A stretch of DNA of 64,000 bases from Alphaproteobacteria bacterium (GCA_963422645.2 CAXXVO010000007.1:768001-832000); one strand, 5' to 3'. Positions 8,919-18,821 are shown, counted from the stretch's first letter. Numbers and translations are program-made. The notes: generated from the letters alone by a model not told the origin.

Positions 8919-10424
8919 TTACGCGCACTTGACGGTGGCGATGAGCCGATCCGATGGGCTGGTCAGGGCTTCGATGATATTCCAGCCCTGCTTTCTGGCG
9001 GTGGTGATGACGCTGCGCAGGATGGCGAAGTTCTCGGCCCCCTGCGCGGACCGGAAGCCCCCGGAGATCTTCTGGCGCAGCTTCATCATCCGAAGGTCGC
9101 GCTCGGCCTCGTTGTTCGTGAACCCGACCTCGAGGTCGATCAGGAACCGGAGCACCGCGCATTTGTGGTCGCGCAGCCTCAAGGCCAGATTGTGACCGAT
9201 CCTTCGCTTCCGGCGCTTCTTCCTCTTGCCAGGCGAGAACGGTGGTTGGCTCTCGTGAAAGGCCAGCGCATCGGCGATGATCTCGTCGTATCGGCGCTCG
9301 ATCAGCGCCACAAGCCTCGCCGGAACGGCGATATCCTTGTCCAGCGCGATGCGGGCGGCGCGATTGGCTCGGCGCAGGAGCTGCTGCATCCGCCGGGCCC
9401 AAGCCTCCCCTTCGATGTCCACCAGCGCCTGCAACTCCCGCAGGTGATGGGCGTTGCACAGGCCGTGCTCCACCCCTTCCATCGCGAAGTACGGCTTCCA
9501 GTGATCGTGCACGACGATGCCGGAGACACCCGAGAGCAGGGCGCCGCGCTTGCCGCTGACCCGGTACGCCGCCAGCAGCGGCGTGCAGATCACATGAAGC
9601 CACTGCGTCTGACCGCCGATCCGCAAGCCGGTCTCGTCCATGTGTTTCACCCGCGCCGTGCCCGCCGCCAGGTCCTGTATGTGCAAGGCCGCGTCCCGCA
9701 GCCGCTCGGCCGCCCTCTCGCTCATCGTCGCCAACGTCGCAGCCGTCACCGGCGCGCCGAAGAGCTCGGCCATCACCTGCGACAGCCGATCCTCCGGCAG
9801 GAAGTGAGCGTGCTGAAGGTAGACCGCCACCCCGGCAATGCGCGGGCCGTACTGCACCGGCGCCGACACCCCGTCGGGGAACGCCGCCCGGGTCACCGTC
9901 CCGCAATGCCCGCAGCACTTGGCATGCGCCCGGTGCTCGGTCACCTCCAGGGGGCTCGGCTCGGGCAGATCGAACACCTGGCGGGCGACGGGCGTTCCCG
10001 CCCTGGCCGCGTCCGAAAGCGGCGAACCGCATCCCTTGCAGGAAGCCGGGACGTGATCCTTCACCCGATCCGGGTGATCGGCGCGGCGCAGCGTCTTGCC
10101 CTTGTGGCCGGGCTGGCCACCGGGCTTGCGGCCCGATTTGCCGCGCAGGCTTCGGGTTCGCCGCTTCGAATTCGGCTTCCTCAGCCCATCGCTCGAAGGC
10201 GGCTTGCCGCTGTTGCCGCTGTTGAGGCCGAGACGGCGCTCCAACTCCTCGATGCGCTCGACGAGACGCGCGACTTGCTCTTCCAGCCGCGCGTTCTGCT
10301 GCCGAAGCCAGGCATTTTCCTCCCGAAGCCGGGCGTTCTCCTCCTCCAGGCGGGCGATCTTCTGCGCGGGCGTTTCGGGCGCTGCTCCCGTCGAAGGGCC
10401 GCGCGGCGACTCGGGATTGCTCAT
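8919..10424 (-). CDS. IS66-family transposase
   Basis: Coiled coil, NSGKPPSSD, GGQPGHKG, Zn finger, MDETG, CNAHHLREL, TNNEAERDLR. Confidence 0.95.
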   Translation of the reverse strand: MSNPESPRGPSTGAAPETPAQKIARLEEENARLREENAWLRQQNARLEEQVARLVERIEELERRLGLNSGNSGKPPSSDGLRKPNSKRRTRSLRGKSGRKPGGQPGHKGKTLRRADHPDRVKDHVPASCKGCGSPLSDAARAGTPVARQVFDLPEPSPLEVTEHRAHAKCCGHCGTVTRAAFPDGVSAPVQYGPRIAGVAVYLQHAHFLPEDRLSQVMAELFGAPVTAATLATMSERAAERLRDAALHIQDLAAGTARVKHMDETGLRIGGQTQWLHVICTPLLAAYRVSGKRGALLSGVSGIVVHDHWKPYFAMEGVEHGLCNAHHLRELQALVDIEGEAWARRMQQLLRRANRAARIALDKDIAVPARLVALIERRYDEIIADALAFHESQPPFSPGKRKKRRKRRIGHNLALRLRDHKCAVLRFLIDLEVGFTNNEAERDLRMMKLRQKISGGFRSAQGAENFAILRSVITTARKQGWNIIEALTSPSDRLIATVKCA

Positions 10425-10610
10425 GTCGTTGTTGAGTCATTTCCCGAAATTCCCGTCAAGCCCTTTCCACCAACTCCGAACGAGAAACGCCTCAATCCAC
10501 GTAACTACCCAGGTACCCCGCCGCCAGTTCTGAGTGCGTGCTGATGTTGCTTGCCGTCGGTGCCGTTTCGCCGTCGGCGCGTCGTTGATCCCCGCTTGAC
10601 TGTATAGGTT

Positions 10611-11633
10611 CAGACTTCCTGACCTCGTGATGCTGGCTGTTCTGGGCAGCGTGCCGGGAACTCCTTGAATTCTGATACATTTCGGTTGTTTCAGGCGGTT
10701 TTTCGCTGGGTGTCGCGCCCGAGGTCTGATAGTATAATTTGATACCAATTGCACGGTCTCAACCATGCCCAGTACCCTCCCAATGTGCCCTCCAGAGGCG
10801 GTCTCGATCGGCAACAGCTGCTTCGCCGTCCTGATCTCGGACGACACCTTCACCTACTTTTCCAACCTCATTCCCTTTGACAGCCACGCCGCCGATGACC
10901 GCACGGCCATGCTCTTGCGGATCGGCCGCCTCGCGGCGATCAGCGCGGTCTCGCCGCAGGAACTGGCTGACGCTTTCGCTGTCTCGCGCGCGACGGTGCA
11001 GCGCGCACGACGGCGCTACCTGGCCGAGGGCGAAGCGGGGTTCATGAAGCCCCGGCGCGGTCGCGGGCCGTCGGTGTTCACTCCGGAGTTGGCGGAGAAG
11101 GCGACGGCGTTGCTGGCATCGGGCCTGAGCGGCTCTGCGGCGGCCCGGGTTCTCGGCGTGTCAGCGCCATCGGTCAACAAGTGGCGCCGTCAGGGACTGA
11201 TCGGCAACACGGAGGCGGATGGGGAGCCCGGACGCTCAGCGCTGGCTGCGCCGCCTGACGCGGGTGCGGCTCCTGAAGGCCGTGTCGATGAAGAGAGTAC
11301 CGGTGCCCCGGGGCCGGAGACGGCGCCGGGGCTGGAAGCGCAGCCGCAAACGGATCGCAGCGCGCGCGATCGGCGGGACCGGCAGGCGCCGATGGGGCGT
11401 GCGACTTGCGATGTTCCGGCTCGGGTTCTGGCCAGTTGTGGCCTCCTGCGGGTCCACATTCTTGGCCTCGCAAACGACGCCTGCGACCGTTGGATCGATG
11501 CGGTTCTGAGCGACCTGAACGCCACCGAAACGGTCTTCCCCGGCACCCGTCTGCGCATAGTCTACGACATCGACGGGGCCTCGGAATCCGCGCGGCTCGT
11601 GTCACCTAAAATCAGCAGAGGTCAGGAAGTCTG
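10611..11633 (+). mobile_element. Internally deleted non-autonomous transposon with CAGACTTCCTGACCTC inverted repeats
   Basis: 16-bp terminal inverted repeats; 5-bp duplication AGGTT (10606-10610, 11634-11638). Confidence 0.85.
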
Positions 11634-11634
11634 A
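10765..11634 (+). pseudogene. Internally deleted putative transposase (double HTH joined to C-terminal LNATETVFPGTRLR..RGQEV)
   Basis: HTH motifs and the transposase-type C-terminus remain; no catalytic core visible; stop codon completed by the target A. Confidence 0.65.
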
Positions 11635-11680
11635 GGTTCTCTCGCCTATGGGTTGCACTCTCGCATGAGAGGAGCAGCCG

Positions 11681-12349
11681 GTGGGGTATTTCGGGTCGAA
11701 GGCGACGACCGGTCTGAGCCAGGCGCTGATTGCGCTGATGCCGCGGCACTCTGTCTATATCGAGAGCCATCTTGGGGGCGGGGCGCTGATGAAGCGCAAG
11801 CCTGCGGCCATGCGCTCGATCGGGATCGACCGCGACGAGCGGGCGCTTGAGGCCTTTGGCTGCGACTACCCGGTGGAGTTGGTGCACGGCTGCGCCCATT
11901 CCTTCCTGGCCTCGTTCCCGTTTCTGGGCCCGGAGCTGGTCTACAGCGATCCGCCCTATCTGCACGCGACCCGGCGTTCGTCGCAGCGCTACCGCTTCGA
12001 GTACGAGGAGGCCGACCACGTCGCGCTCCTCGAACTGCTCAAGGGTCTGCCCTGCCAGGTGATGGTCTCGGGCCACCCGTCTGCGCTCTATGACGAGCTG
12101 CTGGCGGGCTGGCGCCGGCTGGCGCTGCAGGTGACGACCCAGGCCCAGGTGCGGACCGAGGTCGTGTGGTTCAACTTCGCGCCTGACCGGGTGCACTGGG
12201 CGAGCTTCGCCGGCCGGAACTTCACCGAGCGCCAGTGCATCAAGCGCAAGGCGGCCAACTGGGGCCGGCGCTACGAGGCCATGCCGGCGGGCGAACGCCT
12301 GGCGGTGCTGGCCGCGATCATGGCCGTCGAGGCCGACGAGGGTTCGTGA
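11681..12349 (+). CDS. Compact Dam/D12-class N6-adenine DNA methyltransferase
   Basis: YFGSK, YIESHLGGGA (motif I), YSDPPY (motif IV). Confidence 0.85.
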   Translation: MGYFGSKATTGLSQALIALMPRHSVYIESHLGGGALMKRKPAAMRSIGIDRDERALEAFGCDYPVELVHGCAHSFLASFPFLGPELVYSDPPYLHATRRSSQRYRFEYEEADHVALLELLKGLPCQVMVSGHPSALYDELLAGWRRLALQVTTQAQVRTEVVWFNFAPDRVHWASFAGRNFTERQCIKRKAANWGRRYEAMPAGERLAVLAAIMAVEADEGS

Positions 12350-13887
12350 CAGTGTCGCGCTGGCACGAGGACCTCGCTGCCCACGACGAGGCCTTCGCGT
12401 GCCTGCAGGACCTTTTCACCCCACAATCCTTCGCAATGACCGCCGTCAAAGCCATTCGGGAATGGGGCCAGAGGTTGCTGCGCCTGAGCGCGGCCCTGGT
12501 CAAGGAGAACGACGCGCTGGAGCGGGAGAACGCCCGCTTGCGCGAGCGGATCGCCGAACTCGAGCGCAGCGCCGCGCTCGACAGCACCACCAGCTCCAAG
12601 CCGCCGGCCAGCGACGGTCTGAAGAAGAAGAGCGGTGACCGGGAGAAGCGCACCCGGAGCCAGCGCGGCAAGTCCGACAGGCCCAGTGGCGGCCAGCCGG
12701 GCCACAAGGGAACTACCCTGGAGCGGACCGCGACGCCCGACCATGTCGTCGATCATGATCCGTCCGCCTGTGAGGGCTGCGGCGCGCCGCTGTCGGACGC
12801 TGACCGTCACGGAGCCCCCGTCTGCCGGCAGGTCTTCGATGTGCCCGAGCCGCAGCCCCTCGAGGTCACCGAACATCGCGGCCATCGTTGCCTCTGCGCT
12901 GCCTGCGGCACCGTGACGACAGCCGTCTTCCCGAACGGCGTGAGCGCACCGGTCCAATACGGGCCGCGCATCACCGCGTGGGTGACCTACCTGCTGCACG
13001 CTCAGTTCATTCCCGAGAAGCGGGTCGCCGAGGTCATGAGCGACCTCTTCGCGGTCAAGCTCTCAACAGCCACCATCGTCGCCATGGGAAGGCGCACCGC
13101 CCGGCGCTTCGAGGGCTTCCTCGATCGCCTCGCGGAGATCATCCGCACCGCAGCCCCAGTCAAACACCTCGACGAGACCGGCATCCGCATCGCCGCCCGG
13201 ACCCATTGGCTCCATGTGCTGTGCACCCCGTTGCTCACCATCCTGCGCGTCGCCACCGGGCGCAGCCACATCGACGAGAAGCTCAACGGCATCGTCATCC
13301 ATGACGACTACGCCACCTACTTCGCTCTCGAGGGCGTGCGCCACGGGGCCTGCAACGCCCATCACCTGCGCGAGCTCCAAGCCCTCATCGAGATCGAGAA
13401 GGAAGACTGGGCAACGAGCACGCACCGGCTCCTCATCCGTGCCAACAGAGCCGCCCGCTTCGCCCACAAGAACGACCGCGACGTGCCCGCCTCACTGGTG
13501 GCCCGCATCTCGCGAGCCTGGGACCGCATCCTCGAACGTGCCATCGCCTCTCACGAAGAAATGCCACCGCTCCAGACCGGAAAGCGCGGACGACAAAAGC
13601 GCCGCATCGGTCACAACCTCGCCCTCCGACTCCAGAAGTACAAGGAGGGGTGCCTGCGCTTCCTCACCGATCCGCGAACCCCCTTCTCCAACAACGAGGC
13701 CGAGCGCGACCTCCGAATGGGCAAGCTGCGCCAGAAAATCTCAGGCGGCTTCCGCTCGATACAAGGCGCCCGCGACTTCGCAAACCTGCGATCCGTCATC
13801 GCCACCGCTCGAAAACAGCGCTGGAATGTCCTCGAAACCCTGGCGCACCCCGATCCAATCCAGCTGATCCCCGTATTGCGCTTCTGA
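12346..13887 (+). CDS. IS66-family transposase
   Basis: GTGA overlap with the MTase stop; SSKPPASD, LDETG, CNAHHLREL, SNNEAERDLR. Confidence 0.93.
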   Translation: MTVSRWHEDLAAHDEAFACLQDLFTPQSFAMTAVKAIREWGQRLLRLSAALVKENDALERENARLRERIAELERSAALDSTTSSKPPASDGLKKKSGDREKRTRSQRGKSDRPSGGQPGHKGTTLERTATPDHVVDHDPSACEGCGAPLSDADRHGAPVCRQVFDVPEPQPLEVTEHRGHRCLCAACGTVTTAVFPNGVSAPVQYGPRITAWVTYLLHAQFIPEKRVAEVMSDLFAVKLSTATIVAMGRRTARRFEGFLDRLAEIIRTAAPVKHLDETGIRIAARTHWLHVLCTPLLTILRVATGRSHIDEKLNGIVIHDDYATYFALEGVRHGACNAHHLRELQALIEIEKEDWATSTHRLLIRANRAARFAHKNDRDVPASLVARISRAWDRILERAIASHEEMPPLQTGKRGRQKRRIGHNLALRLQKYKEGCLRFLTDPRTPFSNNEAERDLRMGKLRQKISGGFRSIQGARDFANLRSVIATARKQRWNVLETLAHPDPIQLIPVLRF

Positions 13888-14100
13888 AATCCTGCGCTGC
13901 TCCGGGAAAGCGCCGCCTGACCCCTGGCTGGTCAGAACCATCAATCCATCACGTCCGAGTGCTCGGCAGAATCAGACCTGGGCAGTTACCAATCCACTGG
14001 CCCAAAATGACAAATCAGACGACCTGGGCAGTTACCAAAATGAAACGCCCGCCGCGGGCGGCGACCCTTTGCGGCGGGCGGAAATGGAAGCGAGCGCACC

Positions 14101-14520
14101 ATGGCCGATTCGCGCCGACGGGGCAAGCGATACCGAGGCAGGGTTTACGTGGCCTGTGCTCGCAACGGCGACGCGATATGGCACGTCCATGTCTGCGCCG
14201 ACCTGTTGGGCGCGTGCTTGGCCCTGGCCGGCCAGCCGGACGGTCATCTGTACGTCTATGGGCCGGGCGAAGGCGGGGCGTGGCGCGACTATCTGAGCGG
14301 CGGTCCCGCACCTATCGAGGGCGTGGGCATGTCGCGGTGCGCCGTCCCTATCGTCCCCAAAGTGGCACGCGACGCGGAAGCCTCACCCCGAACAGTGCGA
14401 CGCTGCATCCTGCGGACGCTTCGCGAGCGGGGCGGCATCGGCAACGACGTTTACGAGTTCCACGGTGTCAAATCCGGGCACGAGGCGCAACTCGGGAGGC
14501 GCCCGCGCCGCACGGCCTAG
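14101..14520 (+). CDS. Hypothetical protein with an HTH-like segment, possibly a degenerate replication initiator
   Basis: VARDAEASPRTVRRCILRTLRERG resembles a winged HTH; position between xis and packaging genes. Confidence 0.35.
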   Translation: MADSRRRGKRYRGRVYVACARNGDAIWHVHVCADLLGACLALAGQPDGHLYVYGPGEGGAWRDYLSGGPAPIEGVGMSRCAVPIVPKVARDAEASPRTVRRCILRTLRERGGIGNDVYEFHGVKSGHEAQLGRRPRRTA

Positions 14521-14897
14521 CCGGCCACGTTACCTGTGCGTCGACGCGATACCTGGGGCTGCCCAGGGACGGCACCGGGGCGCACGGGGGAAGGGCACAC
14601 CGGGGGATGCGTCAAACCCCAACCCGAGACCACAACACTCAAAGCGAGACCGCGAGCGCAAGCCGGAATCAGGGAGAGTGTGGGGGAGAGCGGGTGACGC
14701 GGCAGGCGGTTCCTGTCTAAGCTACTCCCATCTACGGGCGAACCGAACGGCCTCATGCCGTCGTGCCGTGGACGCCGTAAGCGGTGCCGGCTCCGGCCAA
14801 CGCATCCCCGGTGCAAGGGTCTACCCAGCTAACCGGCTGGGATAGACCCCGTGCGCCGTTTCACAATGCCTCACCAACCAACGCAAAGGGACAGGAC

Positions 14898-15158
14898 ATG
14901 AGCGGAGAGAAGAAGCCGAAGTGGAAATACATGATGTCTCCACGACCGCCGGTGCGCGGAAAAGTGGGGATTTGCATCAACGAGGAAATTACGCCTCCCG
15001 AAAGGGCGCTGGCGTATTTGGACGCGGCGGTCAGGGAGTTGACGGACGAGTTGGCGTGTTATGCGGAGAAAAGCGAGCGGCACGACAAGGTGCAGGGCTT
15101 GCTTGATGAGACGCGTCGGATCAAAGATGACGTTGAAGATTACGCGGGCAAGGGCTGA
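14898..15158 (+). CDS. Small hypothetical satellite protein
   Basis: 86 aa with an AGGA RBS; helical C-terminus. Confidence 0.45.
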   Translation: MSGEKKPKWKYMMSPRPPVRGKVGICINEEITPPERALAYLDAAVRELTDELACYAEKSERHDKVQGLLDETRRIKDDVEDYAGKG

Positions 15159-15240
15159 CCCCGTGGGACCCCTGCGGGCGTGTGGCCGGCCCCTTGGAGA
15201 CCGTCGGGGTGGAGTTGACAGGCCACACAGGAGGTGAGGA

Positions 15241-16746
15241 TTGAGCGCGGCGCTGGCGGCCTACATCGGCCAGTTGACGTTGACGGGTGGCGACCATGAC
15301 GGCGCGCCGTTCACGGTGCTGGGATGGGAGCGGCGGTTTCTCAAAGGCGCCTTCGCGAAGCCCGGCCCGGCTGCGTTGTCCGTCGCGCGCGCCAACGGCA
15401 AGAGCGCATTGGTCGCGGCCATCGCCACGGCCATGGTGGACCCCGGTGGGCCGCTTCACGGTCGCCGTCGCGAGGCCGTTTGCGTGGCGTCATCGTTCTC
15501 GCAAAGCCGGATCATCTTTGAAGACGTGCTGCATTTCCTGCGGGAGCGTCACGACCTACGCGACCGCAGGACGTGGCGCCTACAGGACAGCGCGAATAAT
15601 GCGATCATCGAACACCGGCCATCCGGCGCGCGAGTGCGGTGCATCGGGAGCGATCCGGCGCGCGCTCACGGCATGAGGCCGGCCCTGGCCCTGCTAGACG
15701 AACCTGCGCAATGGCCTGCGAACACGTCCGATAGGATGCTGGCCGCCGTCCGCACCGGACTGGGCAAAGTGCCAGCGTCAAAGCTGATCGCCTTGGGAAC
15801 GCAGCCGAGCGACGAGTCGCACTGGTTTGGCCGGATGCTGCGGGGTGGCGCGACCTATTGCCAGCTGCACGCGGCACGGTCGGACGATTCGCCCTTCCAA
15901 GTGCGGACGTGGCGCCGGGCCAACCCATCGCTCGACCATCTGCCAAGCTTGCTTGCCGAGCTTCGCGAGGAAGCGCAGGCGGCGAAGGCGGACCCGTCCA
16001 TGCTGGCAGCGTTCCGCGCCTTGCGGCTGAACCTTGGCACTTCGGACGTGCTGCAAGCGATGCTGCTGGACGCCGGCACGTGGCAAAGGATCGAAGGAAC
16101 GGCCGCCAGAGACGGCCAGCTGGTCTACGGCTGTGATCTCGGAACCACGGCGGCCATGAGTGCTATCTGCGCCTACTGGCCCCTGAGCGGACGCCTAGAA
16201 GCCGTGGCGGCCTTCCCTCGCGAGCCGGACCTGCGCGAGCGCGGCTTGCGCGATGGTGTTGGCGGGGCATACGCGGAAATGCACAAGCGGGGAGAACTGA
16301 TCCTTGCCGGCGGCCACGCGGTCGATATCTCCGAACTACTGCGGGCGGCGCTCGACCGATTCGGCCCGCCGGCCGCTGTCTCGGCTGATCGCTGGAGAGA
16401 AGGCGAATTGCGCGACAGCTTGAAGCGGGCGGGCGTGCCGCTCGCGGCCTTGGAGCTTCGCGGCCAAGGCTACCGAGACGGCGGCGAAGACGTGCGGCTG
16501 TTTCGTCGTGCGGTCGCGGAAGGGCGCGTGACTCCGGTGCCGTCCCTGCTAATGGTCGCGGCCATGGCGGAAGCCCGGACGATATCGGACCCCGCCGGCA
16601 ACGCGAAACTCGCGAAGGCGACGGAAGGCGGACGGCGCTTCAAGGCGCGGGACGATGCAGCTGCGGCCAGCATCTTGGCCGTGGCGACAGGATCGCGCCG
16701 ACAAGCCCGGCCTGTTCGCGGGGCATATCTTGGCAAAACGGCGTAA
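15241..16746 (+). CDS. terL: Phage terminase large subunit
   Basis: VARANGKS Walker A, LLDEP Walker B, GCDLG and RDDAAAA nuclease motifs; GGAGGTGAGG RBS. Confidence 0.85.
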   Translation: MSAALAAYIGQLTLTGGDHDGAPFTVLGWERRFLKGAFAKPGPAALSVARANGKSALVAAIATAMVDPGGPLHGRRREAVCVASSFSQSRIIFEDVLHFLRERHDLRDRRTWRLQDSANNAIIEHRPSGARVRCIGSDPARAHGMRPALALLDEPAQWPANTSDRMLAAVRTGLGKVPASKLIALGTQPSDESHWFGRMLRGGATYCQLHAARSDDSPFQVRTWRRANPSLDHLPSLLAELREEAQAAKADPSMLAAFRALRLNLGTSDVLQAMLLDAGTWQRIEGTAARDGQLVYGCDLGTTAAMSAICAYWPLSGRLEAVAAFPREPDLRERGLRDGVGGAYAEMHKRGELILAGGHAVDISELLRAALDRFGPPAAVSADRWREGELRDSLKRAGVPLAALELRGQGYRDGGEDVRLFRRAVAEGRVTPVPSLLMVAAMAEARTISDPAGNAKLAKATEGGRRFKARDDAAAASILAVATGSRRQARPVRGAYLGKTA

Positions 16747-17023
16747 TCATCCCGCACATTCTGATAAAGCGCGGTGGAAAAAAACCCGCTTGCGTGTCCT
16801 AAATCGTGACGGCTGGGCGTGCAAGACATGCGGTAAACGCGGGCGCTTGGAGGTAGATCATATCACGCCGGTTGCGCGGGGCGGCGCAACTTGGGATTTA
16901 GAGAACTTACAGGCGTTGTGTCGCAACTGCCATTTTCTCAAGTCCGCAGGCGAGCGGGAGAAGCCTAACAAAGAGCGGGCGGCGTGGCGTAGACTTGTTG
17001 AAGAACGTCTAGCGAACATTTAG
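16730..17023 (+). CDS. HNH endonuclease (cos-packaging cofactor type)
   Basis: CKTC..EVDHITP..GG...NLQALCRNCH. Confidence 0.9.
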   Translation: MAKRRNHPAHSDKARWKKTRLRVLNRDGWACKTCGKRGRLEVDHITPVARGGATWDLENLQALCRNCHFLKSAGEREKPNKERAAWRRLVEERLANI

Positions 17024-17056
17024 AATCGCTCCATCCTCTAACGATGGAGCATTACC

Positions 17057-18274
17057 GTGACCCGCAAGCAAAAGCTGGAGCTTCGCGCTTCTGAAATTCG
17101 CACGCGGCTCGCCGAGCTTGGCGGGCTGGAATCCCTGGAAGACGAACAGCGCGCCGAGCTAGACCGGCTGCGAGGCGAGTACGGCGACACCGAACGCCAG
17201 ATCGGCGCGCTCGCCATTGCCGACGATAAGCCCGCCGAGGCCAAGAGCGAAGACCGGCAGTTTGCCGAGCTTCGCGGCAAGGTGAAGGTCGGGAACTACT
17301 TGGCGGCGGCCGTGGAAATGCGCGGCGCCAACGGGGCGGAAGGCGAGTTCAACCAAGAGGTCGGAATCGGCCTGGACCGCTTCCCGCTGGAACTGTTGGC
17401 CCCGGTCGAGGAACGGGCCACCACGTCGACCGACGGTGCGGTGGCGCAACAGAGTTGGCTTGACCGGCTCTTTGCCGAGACCGCAGCGGCGCGCATCGGC
17501 CTCACCATGGAGTCGGTCGCGCCGGGCATCGCAGCGTTCCCGGTCACGACCGCAGGCGCCACGGGTGCGCAGCGGGCGAAGGAACAGGACGCGGCGGCGG
17601 CTGCATGGACGGTCGGCGTCACGGAACTGAAGCCGACGCGCAACGCCGTTCATGCGACGTTTGTCATGGAAGACACGGCGCGCCTGCCCGGCCTGGAAGA
17701 CGCGTTGACGCGCGATCTGCGCATGGCGCTCACAGACGCCATCGACAAGACCGTGTTCCTTGGCGATTCCGGGGCCACCGGCACCGACGCCGACATCACC
17801 GGACTCACCACGGCGGCCAACGTCACCGAACAGACCATCACCCAGACGAACAAAGTGAAGGGGCCGGAAACCCTCACGGCGTTCTCCGGTCTGGTCAACG
17901 GGATTCACGCGACCGGATTCGGCGACCTGCGCACTGTGGCGACCGTAGGGGCGTGGCGGTTGTGGGAGTCCACCGTCATCAACTCGGCTGCGGACAACAT
18001 GACCCTGGGCGCGTTCCTGCGCACGGCGGGCCTGTCGTGGTCTAGCCGGGGCGATATCGAGGAAGCCACGTCCAATAACAAGTTCGGGGCCTTCATCGGG
18101 CGCGGCCGTGGCATCGGCGGCGCGGGCGTTGTGGCCGTCTGGTCTGCCGGCCAGTTGATCCGGGACCCGTACAGCGGGGCCAAAAAGGGCGAAATCGCGC
18201 TGACCCTCAACTATCTGTGGAACTTCGGGCTGCCGCGCCCGGCCAACTTCGCGCGCATCAAGTTTGTTACCTGA
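17057..18274 (+). CDS. Major capsid protein (HK97-like, N-terminal coiled-coil scaffold)
   Basis: 405 aa, N-terminal coiled coil, LTDAIDKTVFLGD, IRDPYSGAKKG. Confidence 0.8.
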   Translation: MTRKQKLELRASEIRTRLAELGGLESLEDEQRAELDRLRGEYGDTERQIGALAIADDKPAEAKSEDRQFAELRGKVKVGNYLAAAVEMRGANGAEGEFNQEVGIGLDRFPLELLAPVEERATTSTDGAVAQQSWLDRLFAETAAARIGLTMESVAPGIAAFPVTTAGATGAQRAKEQDAAAAAWTVGVTELKPTRNAVHATFVMEDTARLPGLEDALTRDLRMALTDAIDKTVFLGDSGATGTDADITGLTTAANVTEQTITQTNKVKGPETLTAFSGLVNGIHATGFGDLRTVATVGAWRLWESTVINSAADNMTLGAFLRTAGLSWSSRGDIEEATSNNKFGAFIGRGRGIGGAGVVAVWSAGQLIRDPYSGAKKGEIALTLNYLWNFGLPRPANFARIKFVT

Positions 18275-18705
18275 TGGCCAGCATCCTCCTATCAGGGCCG
18301 GCAGGGGCAGCAAAATCTGCCCTTGCCCGGCGCATTCTGGCGGAACATCCGCAGCTGGCAGTCATTGCGGATTTTCAGCTTGTCTATCGCGCGCTGACGG
18401 ACGTGGAACGCGGGCGCGACGGCCACTATCCGTTGCGCGATGACCGGCTTTTGCCGCTCACAGAGTACATGCGGCGGGCCGTTATCACGGGCGCCATCGG
18501 TCGAGATATCGACGTGATTGCGACCAACTCTGACGGCGACCCGGCCCGCCGTGAGTTCCTGCTTGCGCAGCTTGGCGACGGTGCATCGGAGCGGATCGTT
18601 GACCCTGGCCGTGCCGTCGTGGCGGCCCGGTTGGCGGACCCGCAGACGGGCGACCTGTCGCCAGAGTGCGACGCGGCCATAGGCCGCTGGTACGGGAGAG
18701 TCTGA
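18274..18705 (+). CDS. Small P-loop NTPase/kinase-like protein
   Basis: ILLSGPAGAAKS at the N-terminus; ATG overlaps the capsid stop (TGATG). Confidence 0.65.
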   Translation: MASILLSGPAGAAKSALARRILAEHPQLAVIADFQLVYRALTDVERGRDGHYPLRDDRLLPLTEYMRRAVITGAIGRDIDVIATNSDGDPARREFLLAQLGDGASERIVDPGRAVVAARLADPQTGDLSPECDAAIGRWYGRV

Positions 18706-18706
18706 T

Positions 18707-18794
18707 ATGGACGAACTGCGATGCGCGCTCGAATGGCGCGCCGACGATAGCCGGCAGTCTCCCGGCCGCCTGATCGGCCGGCTGATCGAGTATG
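18707..18794 (+). pseudogene. Probable HK97-type prohead protease N-terminus, truncated by IS66
   Basis: MDELRCALEWRADDSRQSPGRLIGRLIEYG, then the GTAACTGCCCAGG IS end. Confidence 0.5.
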
Positions 18795-18821
18795 GTAACT
18801 GCCCAGGTCGTCTGATTTGTC
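18795..18821 (+). repeat. 27-bp left end of a second IS66 element A copy
   Basis: GTAACTGCCCAGGTCGTCTGATTTGTC = reverse complement of 14009-14035 region. Confidence 0.8.

Larger units (their letters stand above)
10501..13989 (+). mobile_element. IS66-family element B carrying a DNA adenine methyltransferase
   Basis: GTAACTACCCAGGT...ACCTGGGCAGTTAC ends; 8-bp duplication CAATCCAC at 10493-10500 and 13990-13997. Confidence 0.9.
8651..14035 (-). mobile_element. IS66-family element A (single-ORF type), containing nested element B
   Basis: GTAACTGCCCAGGT terminal inverted repeats; 8-bp duplication CAAAATGA (left copy split by IS110). Confidence 0.85.
5168..18794 (+). mobile_element. Integrated capsid-forming phage satellite (cf-PICI-like) remnant, interrupted by IS elements; right end not found
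   Basis: tRNA att + tyrosine integrase + AlpA/Xis + terminase, HNH, capsid, protease fragment; no tail genes in the surviving part. Confidence 0.7.
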
